Positions 27,345 through 35,921 of a DNA stretch of 64,000 nucleotides are shown here, piece after piece. Origin of the DNA: Pirellulales bacterium (GTDB lineage Bacteria > Planctomycetota > Planctomycetia > Pirellulales > JAICIG01); NCBI GenBank assembly GCA_035532215.1, contig DATKRK010000301.1, positions 1,181-65,180 on the forward strand. The letters run 5' to 3'. The position numbers were made by a program, and so were the translations under genes. Numbering within the stretch: the first letter of the stretch is position 1; each line of letters opens with the position of its first letter. The notes under the pieces were generated by a model. That model was not told the DNA's origin and made no database searches. It was given only the letters and a program-made list of their open reading frames with translations.

Positions 27345-28262
27345 ATGCGATTGCTCAAACAGTTCGTGCGTAAGGCGTACGCTGGCACGACCCTTCGATT
27401 TGGGGGTGGCTTGGGAGACCAGCTTCTGTGCACCACGGTCGCGCATGAGCTTTCGGTGCGAGGCCACGGGCGGATTTGGATCCTTTCGGAACATCCAGAA
27501 ATCTTCCGAGGAAATCCCGCTGTTACGGGAAGCGTCCCTCCAAAGAGTATTCGAGCAGGGGTAGTTGAGAAGCTCACGGGTTATGAACGTTCATTTTATT
27601 TGCAGTATGATATGCGCGATGTGCGAGCGGATGTATCGTGCCCGCCGACCGAACACATAATTGCAACTATGTGTCGGCAGGCGGGGGTTAGAGGTGATGT
27701 TAGGATCCGACCTTATCTATTCCTAAACAAGTCGGAAATAGCTGTTGCCGGATCCTACCGTGGATATTTGGCAATTCAGAGCAGCGGATTGAGAGCTAGG
27801 CACCCGATTCCGAACAAAGAATGGTATCCAGACCGATTTGCGGAGGTAGCTAAAACGTTGTTAAAGCGCCGCGATATAGTGCAGATCGGATCCGCTTCCG
27901 ACCCGGCCGTGCCTTGCTCAATTGATTTGCGGGGAAAGACGAGTATTCGAGAGTTGGCAGCGGTGCTGGCTAACGCGAGACTGTTGGTCGGTCTGGTAGG
28001 CTTTCCAATGCACTTGGCTAGGGCGGTTGGCTGCCCTGCGGTTGTTGTATATGGTGGCCGCGAGAGACCGGACCAGTCCGGATATTCGTGTAATGTCAAT
28101 CTCTACAACGCGGTACCGTGTGCCCCATGCTGGGCTTACTCGCGGTGTGATTATGAGCGAAGGTGTATGGCCGAGATTCAACCGTCGGACGTTTTGGCCG
28201 GCGTTGCTGCATTGCTCGAGCGCCCCACGGGCGAGTTGGCGTGTGACATAGTGCAATTGTGA
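27345..28262 (+). CDS. glycosyltransferase family 9 (heptosyltransferase-like)
   Basis: C-terminal pattern LLVGLVGFPMHLARAVGCPAVVVYGGRERPDQSGY...NAVPCAPCW, the GT9 donor-domain signature with the terminal C-x-P-C. Confidence 0.75.
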   Translation: MRLLKQFVRKAYAGTTLRFGGGLGDQLLCTTVAHELSVRGHGRIWILSEHPEIFRGNPAVTGSVPPKSIRAGVVEKLTGYERSFYLQYDMRDVRADVSCPPTEHIIATMCRQAGVRGDVRIRPYLFLNKSEIAVAGSYRGYLAIQSSGLRARHPIPNKEWYPDRFAEVAKTLLKRRDIVQIGSASDPAVPCSIDLRGKTSIRELAAVLANARLLVGLVGFPMHLARAVGCPAVVVYGGRERPDQSGYSCNVNLYNAVPCAPCWAYSRCDYERRCMAEIQPSDVLAGVAALLERPTGELACDIVQL

Positions 28263-29422
28263 GCCACAGAAACGGTACTGCGTATTTGGTCATGAATTGG
28301 TACTTTCTCTATCGGGGACGGTCGACGCCCAGCGGCGGCCACAAGCAAGTCCGGCTGACGGTTGAGCTACTGAACGAATTAGGCGTGCGCGCAGAGTTGC
28401 TGGTCGACGGAGAGATGGCCGATCAGCAGCTTTACGGTCTGGATACGCCGGTGGCTCCCTTCGGTTTCGCGGAGGCCGCTCGTAGAGTTCAGCCGGACGA
28501 CGTCGTGGTTTTCCCTGAAGCAAACTTGCAGCGGTACATTGAGGCGTCTGCAACGTGGGTCTGTCGAAAGGCGGTGACGAATCAAAATGCGTTTTATGCG
28601 ATCCGCAATCGCATTCCGGGAGGATACCGCCAGGCTGGCGTTGAATTCGCCATCGCGAATTCTCGATTCGTGTCGGATGTGACCGCTAGCTATCTGGGCC
28701 TGGCGCCAGAGCGCGTGTTTCTTGTGCCGCATTGGATTGTGCGCGGGCCGTTCGTGCCTGCCGAAGTTGATGGCGAGAAGCGACGCCTGGCAGTGTGCTA
28801 CATGCCGCGCAAGCTGCCGGATATTGTCCGCCGGGTGCGCGAAGCGGTGCAAGAAACAGAGCCCGACGTGCCCTGGGTGGAAATCGATGGCATGCCCGAG
28901 AACGAGGTGGCCCGTTGCTTCAAGACGAACGCCATCTTGTTCTCGTCGCAGGACCAAGAGGGCTGTCCGCTGCCGGCCCTTGAAGCGATGGCCTGCAACT
29001 GCATCATCGCCGGATTTCGCGGGACAGCGAACTTCCCGCATCCTTACGCCACGGGCGAGAACGGGTTTTGGGCTGCTGATCGTTCGGTTTCCGAAGGGGT
29101 CGCCAAGGTGTTGGATGCCATTCGGACCGTGCGAGAGAAGAGTGCGGAATTTGAAAAAGCAAGGGCCGCAGGCCGGTCGACGGTTCGGGCATTTTCCCAC
29201 GCGGCCGTCAGCGCAGCGCTCTCGGAGATGGTGGATGTCGTGACGCAGCAATCCTATGCCGAGCGGCAGATTTCGCCCGCTCCGTTGGATTGGAAGAGCC
29301 GCGCGGGCGTCCGACGGCTGATGCTTGGCGACAGCTATGCGGATTGGCTCGCCAGGACGCGGGCGAAGCTAAGCAGAATCCTTCGGGGGCCCAGCGGCGC
29401 CCGCGAAGAAAGGGTCGTTTGA
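28259..29422 (+). CDS. glycosyltransferase, GT-B fold (GT4-like)
   Basis: FSSQDQEGCPLPALEAMACNCIIAGF is the E-x7-E region. GTG 28259 overlaps the upstream stop (GTGA); ATG 28292 is an alternative. Confidence 0.65.
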   Translation: MSHRNGTAYLVMNWYFLYRGRSTPSGGHKQVRLTVELLNELGVRAELLVDGEMADQQLYGLDTPVAPFGFAEAARRVQPDDVVVFPEANLQRYIEASATWVCRKAVTNQNAFYAIRNRIPGGYRQAGVEFAIANSRFVSDVTASYLGLAPERVFLVPHWIVRGPFVPAEVDGEKRRLAVCYMPRKLPDIVRRVREAVQETEPDVPWVEIDGMPENEVARCFKTNAILFSSQDQEGCPLPALEAMACNCIIAGFRGTANFPHPYATGENGFWAADRSVSEGVAKVLDAIRTVREKSAEFEKARAAGRSTVRAFSHAAVSAALSEMVDVVTQQSYAERQISPAPLDWKSRAGVRRLMLGDSYADWLARTRAKLSRILRGPSGAREERVV

Positions 29423-29430
29423 GAGGGATT

Positions 29431-30267
29431 ATGGAACCGCAAGTCCTTCCTATTTTGATTAAGACCTGGGCCGGTCGGCAGCGGCACGACTTCCGCTATA
29501 TCCGCCGGAGTTTGCCGAGCCTGTTGGCGAGCGCCCTGCCGGAGGGCGCGCGCGTCGTGATTGTCAACGATCAAAGCACCGACCCGCGGCTGGAGCCGTT
29601 TCTGAAACAGTTGGCGGCTGGCGACGCAAGGGTCGAGTTGTGGACGAATCCGGAGCGGATGGGGCCGAACCGGGGCCAAGCCTACAACTTTCCGCGGATC
29701 TTGGAACGCTTTCCCAATGCCAAGCTCTTCGGCCTGTGCGACGACGACATCGTCTACCACCCGGGCTGGCTACAGCGGCTGGTGCGCGTGTCGGAGGAGG
29801 CCGCGGAGGCAGGATTGAGCGGCATTTTCAGCGCGATCAACTTTCCCACTCGGCCGTGCTACGCGTCCGTGCAGTTGCCGACGAGCGAGGTGCTGCTGAA
29901 AGAGCGGCAGGCTGCGTTCAATTGGTTGGTGCCGCGCGACATCTACGAACGGGTGGGGCCGTTTCGCGACGCCGGGGTGGCATTCGATACGGACTACGCC
30001 AACCGGATGGCGCCGCTGGGAATACCGGTCATCTGCCTGAAGCCCAGCTTCGTGCAAAACATCGGTTACCTGGGAGCGTACCAGTCCGACAACAGCCACA
30101 CCGCCAGGGACTACGTTGGCAATGTCGGGTGGTATCTCCGGGCCCACTCGATGGCTTGGACGATGCGCGGGTATGCTGCCCGGCTGGCGCGCGGGGCGAC
30201 GCGCCGCGTTAGTCGGATCGCGCGGGCCTACGCGAGGCCCGCCGAAAGGGCCTCCGGAGGCGAATAA
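29431..30267 (+). CDS. glycosyltransferase, GT-A fold (GT2-like)
   Basis: VVIVNDQSTDPRLEPFL and the DxD-like GLCDDDIVYHPGW. The start was moved to ATG 29431, after the upstream stop. Confidence 0.6.
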   Translation: MEPQVLPILIKTWAGRQRHDFRYIRRSLPSLLASALPEGARVVIVNDQSTDPRLEPFLKQLAAGDARVELWTNPERMGPNRGQAYNFPRILERFPNAKLFGLCDDDIVYHPGWLQRLVRVSEEAAEAGLSGIFSAINFPTRPCYASVQLPTSEVLLKERQAAFNWLVPRDIYERVGPFRDAGVAFDTDYANRMAPLGIPVICLKPSFVQNIGYLGAYQSDNSHTARDYVGNVGWYLRAHSMAWTMRGYAARLARGATRRVSRIARAYARPAERASGGE

Positions 30268-30325
30268 CCGCGCCGTGCGGAATTCGCCCACAGGCGCGGC
30301 GCGAGCTCGGATTTAGGAAAACGCA

Positions 30326-31174
30326 ATGGTCATTGAAAAAGACGAGATTTCCCGCTGGTTCCCGGATACGGTTTATTACAGGCAGCACGCCGAGCGGCTG
30401 GCCTATTCCTTTTCTCGCTTGCCGGCGTTGAAGCCTGGGTTCAGTTGCCTGAGCATTGGGTCATGGGGGGCCGAATCGCCGTTGCTGACGAATGTGCTGG
30501 GGGCGGAGCGCGTCGTTTGCGTGCGGGCGCCGGACCAGGGCGTTCCGCGTCGCGAGCGACGAATCATTCAAGCGCCCAACGCGTTGGGCGAGTGCGAGGC
30601 GGAACTGCACGCATTGAACCTCGAGACCGAGCCGTTGCCAGCCGATCTCGAAGCGTTCGACATGGTCCTGATGTGGGAAGTGATCGAGCATCTCTGCATC
30701 GACCCGGCATTCATGGTTGCACAGGCGATCAAGGCCCTCAAACCGCGCGGCGTGATTTCGATCACGACTCCCAATGCGCTGTGGCACGTCTACACGACGG
30801 CCCAACTTTTCGGCGTCAACGCGCTGGGCCTGAAATTGCAACATCACAAGCCCTTTGCCACTCATTGGAGACTGTACTCTCCCGCTGAGGTCGCCGAACT
30901 GACTGAAAGGATGGGTTGCGAGCTTGGCTGCGTGGATAGCTTTTTGAACGAGGCGCCGTTTTCGCTCAAATCGCGCATCCTGCAACATGCGCTGCAGTTC
31001 ATGCGGCGCAAATCCGGGAACGGACGATGTTCGTTTGGACAATTCGTCTACGTGCTTGCCGAAAAGCATCGGGATGCCGAGATTTACCGTCCCCAGTGGC
31101 TGTATCCCAGGACGGGCGACGAGGGCGGGCAAGTCCACCTCCGTCAGCATGCGCCTGCCGTGACAATCGCCTGA
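30326..31174 (+). CDS. class I SAM-dependent methyltransferase
   Basis: CLSIGSWGAESP (motif I-like), FDMVLMWEVIEHL, LKPRGVISITTPN. Confidence 0.75.
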   Translation: MVIEKDEISRWFPDTVYYRQHAERLAYSFSRLPALKPGFSCLSIGSWGAESPLLTNVLGAERVVCVRAPDQGVPRRERRIIQAPNALGECEAELHALNLETEPLPADLEAFDMVLMWEVIEHLCIDPAFMVAQAIKALKPRGVISITTPNALWHVYTTAQLFGVNALGLKLQHHKPFATHWRLYSPAEVAELTERMGCELGCVDSFLNEAPFSLKSRILQHALQFMRRKSGNGRCSFGQFVYVLAEKHRDAEIYRPQWLYPRTGDEGGQVHLRQHAPAVTIA

Positions 31175-31178
31175 ACGT

Positions 31179-32264
31179 ATGGTTTCTCCGCGAGAACTTG
31201 TTCGCAATGCTTTGTTCGCTTTCGTGCGAAAAATTTCCCGCACCCAGGACGCGAGAGAGATGGCGTGCCAGACGCTCTCTGGGCTGCTCGATGGGCGGCC
31301 GAGGCTGGCAGAGCGAAACGGGCGAGTGCTGTTGACGCAATTGCCATACGACGACCTCGGCCGTGCGACCGAAGGCCAGGCGGCGAATCAGCGCGACGAC
31401 GTTGTGTTCATCACGGCGCGGTTCCGCAGCGGCTCGACGCTGTTGTGGAACCTGTTTCGCAACGTGCCCGGCTGCACGGCTTATTACGAGCCGTTCAACG
31501 AGCGGCGTTGGTTCGACCCCGATGCTCGCGGCAATCGGATTGACCGCACGCACAAACAGGTCGAGGAGTATTGGCGCGAATACGATGGCCTGGACGAACT
31601 AGGCCGCTATTACCGCGAAGCGTGGATCGACAAGAACTTGCTGATGGAAGCCGATTTTTGGGCGCCGGAGATGAAGCGTTACATCGAGTTGCTCATCGAA
31701 CGCGCGCCCGGCCGGCCGGTGCTGCAATTCAACCGCGTCGATTTCCGGCTGCCCTGGCTGCGACGCCATTTTCCCAACGCCAAGTTCATCCATTTGTACC
31801 GGCACCCTCGCGATGAATGGTGTTCGACGTTGATGGGCATTAGGTGCTTTCCGAAGGACGCATCGCCGGCGGAATTCAAGAAGCACGACAAATTCTATTT
31901 GCTGCGGTGGGCGCACGACTTGAAGTTCCATTTTCCGTTCCTGGAGCAGGCGCTCGAGCGGCACCCCTACGAGGCGTTTTATTACATCTGGCGGCTGTCG
32001 TACCTTTATGGCACGGCTTACGCCAATCACTCGATCTGTTTCGAACGGCTCGTCGAGGAGCCGGACGAGGAATTGACGAAATTGCTGGGGTTTACCAAGA
32101 TCGACGCATCATGCCACGACGCCCTGCGCCGCGTGATCGAAAGGCCGCGGATCGGGCAGTGGCGGGATTACGCCGATGATGCGTGGTTCCGCAATATCGA
32201 AGCGCGCTGTGAAGCGGTATTGCAGGAATTCTTGAACCGGGAGGCCGTGTGCGCCCAACGGTGA
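31179..32264 (+). CDS. sulfotransferase-family protein (PAPS-dependent)
   Basis: 5'-PSB-like loop VVFITARFRSGSTLLWN and 3'-PB-like FIHLYRHPRDEWCS. Confidence 0.75.
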   Translation: MVSPRELVRNALFAFVRKISRTQDAREMACQTLSGLLDGRPRLAERNGRVLLTQLPYDDLGRATEGQAANQRDDVVFITARFRSGSTLLWNLFRNVPGCTAYYEPFNERRWFDPDARGNRIDRTHKQVEEYWREYDGLDELGRYYREAWIDKNLLMEADFWAPEMKRYIELLIERAPGRPVLQFNRVDFRLPWLRRHFPNAKFIHLYRHPRDEWCSTLMGIRCFPKDASPAEFKKHDKFYLLRWAHDLKFHFPFLEQALERHPYEAFYYIWRLSYLYGTAYANHSICFERLVEEPDEELTKLLGFTKIDASCHDALRRVIERPRIGQWRDYADDAWFRNIEARCEAVLQEFLNREAVCAQR

Positions 32265-33484
32265 AGGCGATCCGGTCCGTCGCCAGGTTAATTGGGATCG
32301 TTGCGGCGGCGGCGCTCAAGGCCGCGCGTGCTTTGCTATGCGGCGACCGCGAAGCCGCCGCCATGCACGTTCGCGTGCTGACGCTGGCGCTGCTCGACGA
32401 TGCGTCGCAGGCGCTGGTCCGCGCGCAGCGAACGTTCTTTGGCCCGCTGCGGCCGGACGAGATCGATCGCATTTTGATCGTCAAGCTCGACCGGATCGGT
32501 GATATGGTGACGACCACGCCGGTGTTCGATGCGCTGCGAGCAAAGTTCCCCTCGGCCCGGCTCGATATCGTCGCTCATCCGGCGCCGCTGTCATTGCTGG
32601 CCGACGACGAACGGATCGGCCAGCGGATCGCTTACCGTTCGTGGCTTTATCATCCGCTCGCCATCCTGCCGCCGGGACCGCGCACCTGGGGGCTGGTGCT
32701 GCGGCTGATGTGGCGCAGGTATCCGCTCGTAGTCTGTTTGCGGGGCTCGTTTTCCTTCCTGCCGCTCGGCCTGGTCTCGCGGATGACGGCCACGAAGTTC
32801 ATCGAGGGCGAGCCAGTGATTCGGCGGTACTTGCGCTCGATCGAAGAACTGCTCGGCCCGCTGAGTGATCCGCCGCCGCGGCTGCGCGTATCGGCGGAGA
32901 ATCGCCGCTTCGCCGCGGAATTGTTCGCCGGCGGCGAGGCCGACGGCCCGCGGGTCGCGATCCACGCCACTGCCAGCTCGCAGGCCAAAATGTGGCCAGC
33001 CGAGCGGTTCTCCGCGCTGGCTGACGCGTTGCGGGACGAGCATGGCGCGGCGGTACACTTCCTGGGCGCCCCGAGCGATCGGGGCGCGCTGGATGCCATT
33101 GCCCGGCACGCGCGGCACGAGCATGCCTACCATATGTCGCTCAGCCTACCGCAGGTGGCGGCCGTGATTGAAGCTGCGGACGCATTCATCGGCAACGACT
33201 CGGGATTGGCCCACATAGCCGCCGCCGTGGGCACGAGGATGGCGGTGATCTGGGGCGCCCCGAATTTGAGCATGGCTCGCCCCAGGGCCGACGAGCAAAC
33301 TTGTACTATCCTTTATCACGACCTGCCTTGCCGGCAAGGCTGTCCAGAGTTCCGCTGTAACAATCCGAACCGGCTCGAGTGTTTGCTGAGGACGGAAGTC
33401 TTGGATGTGTTCGGTGCGGTCTCCGAACTGCTGGCTCGCGGGGCCGAAGCGACAGAGAAAGAAGCATGCAGCCGGCCGACCTGA
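32249..33484 (+). CDS. glycosyltransferase family 9 (heptosyltransferase-like)
   Basis: ILIVKLDRIGDMVTTTPVFDALRAKFP (GT9 N-domain) and FIGNDSGLAHIAAAVGTRMAVIWG (GT9 C-domain). The GTG start is uncertain. Confidence 0.85.
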   Translation: MRPTVKAIRSVARLIGIVAAAALKAARALLCGDREAAAMHVRVLTLALLDDASQALVRAQRTFFGPLRPDEIDRILIVKLDRIGDMVTTTPVFDALRAKFPSARLDIVAHPAPLSLLADDERIGQRIAYRSWLYHPLAILPPGPRTWGLVLRLMWRRYPLVVCLRGSFSFLPLGLVSRMTATKFIEGEPVIRRYLRSIEELLGPLSDPPPRLRVSAENRRFAAELFAGGEADGPRVAIHATASSQAKMWPAERFSALADALRDEHGAAVHFLGAPSDRGALDAIARHARHEHAYHMSLSLPQVAAVIEAADAFIGNDSGLAHIAAAVGTRMAVIWGAPNLSMARPRADEQTCTILYHDLPCRQGCPEFRCNNPNRLECLLRTEVLDVFGAVSELLARGAEATEKEACSRPT

Positions 33485-34929
33485 GCCGAGTTCGTACGAT
33501 TCCGCTGGAGACGCGGGCCAACAAAGTCGCGCTGGAGCGTTTCGCGCGTCCGCCGCGCGCGGGGGCTTCCTTCGCCGACTTTGCCGCATCGCTGCCCGCG
33601 ATCTTGGCGGGAGAAGAATTCCGCCAGGTCGTCCAAGCGATCACGGCAGCCTGCCGACGCCGGCGGCCCGTGATTCTGGCCATGGGCGCCCACGTCATCA
33701 AGTGCGGGCTGAACCCGGTGGTGATCGACTTGATGCGGCGAGGCGTCGTGACTGGCTTAGTGCTGAACGGTTCAGGGGCGATCCACGACTTCGAGATCGC
33801 GTTGGCGGGCGAGACTTCGGAAGATGTGGCCGCGGGGCTGCGAGACGGAACGTTTGGCATGGTCCGAGAGACGGGCCAGTTGATGAACGAAGGGATCAAC
33901 TGCGTGAAGCAATCGCCCGAGAGTGGGCTGGGGATGCTTCTGGGCCAGCAGTTGGAAGCCATTGGCGCGCCCAATCAGGACCAGAGCCTGCTGGCGATGG
34001 GGAGAAAGTTGGGCGTGCCTGTCACTGTCCACGTGGCGATCGGCGCCGACATCATCCACATGCACCCTTCGGCCGACGGGGCGGCGATCGGCCAAGCCAC
34101 GTTCAACGACTTCCGCATCCTATGCGCTGAGCTAGGCGAGCTATCGGGCGGGGCGTATCTGAACGTCGGCTCGGCAGTCGTTTTGCCCGAAGTGTTTTTG
34201 AAGGCGTTCACGGTGGCCCAGAACTTGGGCGCGGACCTGCACGACTTCACGACCGTCAACATGGACATGATTGCCCACTATCGGCCAGGTGAAAACGTTG
34301 TGCGGCGGTTGGCGCCGATCGGGGGCGGGAGCTACACGCTGCTCGGGCGGCACGAGTTCATGGTTCCGCTGCTGGCTCAAAGCATCGTCGAGTCACTGGC
34401 GGATGATGCGGTCGATTCGGCGGCGGCGCCCTCGGGCTCTGGCGGCAAGCTTGTCGGTTTGGATGAGTTGTTGCGGCTGCGCAACGACTGGCGGAGACAG
34501 GGCCGCCGGGTTGTTTGGACGAATGGCTGCTTCGACTTGTTCCATGTCGGCCACCTCCGCAACTTGCAAGCGGCGCGGCAACACGGCGACGTGCTGGTCG
34601 TAGGCGTCAATAGCGACGCGTCGGTACGGCAACTGAAAGGGCCGGAGCGCCCTGTTATACCGGCAGTGGAGCGTGCAGAAATCATTGCCTCGCTGGGTTG
34701 CGTGGATTGCGTGACAGTGTTTGACGAAGCGACGCCCGAGCCGCTATTGCGGCGACTACAGCCCGATGTTCATTGCAAGGGCGCCGAGTACGCCCCCCCA
34801 TACGGAAAACCGATTCCCGAACGAGAGACGGTCCAGGCGTACGGCGGTCGCATCGAGTTTATCCCGCTGGTGCCTGGCATATCGACTACGGATGTTCTGG
34901 AGCGGATAAGGCTGGAAGCGAAAGACTGA
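33466..34929 (+). CDS. fusion: N-terminal deoxyhypusine-synthase-like domain + C-terminal heptose-1-phosphate adenylyltransferase (RfaE domain II / HldC-like)
   Basis: C-terminus VVWTNGCFDLFHVGHLRNLQAARQHGDVLVVGVNSD carries the HxGH cytidylyltransferase-fold motif. The N-terminal part of about 345 aa (VILAMGAHVIKCGLNPVVIDLMRRGVVTGLVLNGSGAIHDFEIAL) parallels the DHS-family pattern by eye. The start was moved to ATG 33466. Confidence 0.8.
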   Translation: MQPADLSRVRTIPLETRANKVALERFARPPRAGASFADFAASLPAILAGEEFRQVVQAITAACRRRRPVILAMGAHVIKCGLNPVVIDLMRRGVVTGLVLNGSGAIHDFEIALAGETSEDVAAGLRDGTFGMVRETGQLMNEGINCVKQSPESGLGMLLGQQLEAIGAPNQDQSLLAMGRKLGVPVTVHVAIGADIIHMHPSADGAAIGQATFNDFRILCAELGELSGGAYLNVGSAVVLPEVFLKAFTVAQNLGADLHDFTTVNMDMIAHYRPGENVVRRLAPIGGGSYTLLGRHEFMVPLLAQSIVESLADDAVDSAAAPSGSGGKLVGLDELLRLRNDWRRQGRRVVWTNGCFDLFHVGHLRNLQAARQHGDVLVVGVNSDASVRQLKGPERPVIPAVERAEIIASLGCVDCVTVFDEATPEPLLRRLQPDVHCKGAEYAPPYGKPIPERETVQAYGGRIEFIPLVPGISTTDVLERIRLEAKD

Positions 34930-34943
34930 CGGAGTTGAGGTAC

Positions 34944-35921
34944 ATGGCGACCCAAAACGATATTGTCGAGATTGCCGAGCGCTTCCGCGGCCGGCGGATT
35001 CTGGTTGTGGGTGATGTGATGCTAGACGAGTACATATGGGGAAGCGTCGAGCGCATCTCGCCCGAAGCGCCGGTACCGGTGGTTCAGGTGCAGCGGCGGA
35101 GCCACGTTCCCGGTGGGGCCGCAAACACGGCCGCCAACGTGGCCAGTCTTGGCGGTCTACCGATATTGGGCGGCGTAGTAGGCCACGACCTCTACGCGGA
35201 ACTGCTTCGCGAGAAGCTCGGGGAAAGCAGCGTGGAAGCCTCGGGGTTAGTTGCCGACGCGCAGCGCCCCACGACCTGCAAGACGCGCATTGTCGCCCAC
35301 GACCAACAGATCGTGCGAGTCGATTGCGAACAGCGAAATACGTTGCCGGCCGATGTCGAGGAGTCGTTGCTTGCGTGGGCCCGCGAGCAGATCAAAGATG
35401 TGGATGCCTGTATCCTTTCGGACTATGCGAAAGGAGTCGTCTCGCCGCGGCTGGCCCAGGGACTGATCCAGGCGGCCCGCGCCGCCGGCAAGCCGTTGAT
35501 CGTGGACCCTAAGCCCGACGGCTTCGCGAAGTACCGGGGGGCTACGCTGGTTAAGCCTAACCTGCTGGAGGCCGAGCGCGTCTGCAATCGTCGCCTCGAT
35601 GGGGATGAGCAGTTGCGCGCGGCAGGGAGCGCGTTGTGTGAATTGCTGGAGGGTAGCGCTGTGTTGATCACGCTCGGCTCGCGCGGCATGATGCTCTTCC
35701 GCCCCGGTGTGGCGCCGGTCGGCGCGGCGGCCACCCAGCAGCAGGTTTTCGATGTGACCGGCGCCGGTGATACCGTAGCCAGCGCGCTGGCAATGGGTCT
35801 GGCAGCCGGCATTTCGCTCGACGAAGCGGCGCGCCTGGGCAATCGCTGTGCGGGAATCGCCGTCGGCAAGGTGGGGACGAACACGGTTACGCTTGACGAG
35901 TTGCTGGCTGATCATTGTTGA
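34944..35921 (+). CDS. heptose-7-phosphate kinase (RfaE domain I / HldA-like, PfkB family)
   Basis: ILVVGDVMLDEYIWGSVERISPEAPVPVV and the PfkB motif DVTGAGDTVASAL. The start was moved to ATG 34944. Confidence 0.85.
   Translation: MATQNDIVEIAERFRGRRILVVGDVMLDEYIWGSVERISPEAPVPVVQVQRRSHVPGGAANTAANVASLGGLPILGGVVGHDLYAELLREKLGESSVEASGLVADAQRPTTCKTRIVAHDQQIVRVDCEQRNTLPADVEESLLAWAREQIKDVDACILSDYAKGVVSPRLAQGLIQAARAAGKPLIVDPKPDGFAKYRGATLVKPNLLEAERVCNRRLDGDEQLRAAGSALCELLEGSAVLITLGSRGMMLFRPGVAPVGAAATQQQVFDVTGAGDTVASALAMGLAAGISLDEAARLGNRCAGIAVGKVGTNTVTLDELLADHC

Noticed and set aside
28379-29251. 290-aa minus-strand ORF
   Set aside because: It is antisense to a GT-B glycosyltransferase with the E-x7-E region and has an Arg/His-rich nonsense-like composition.
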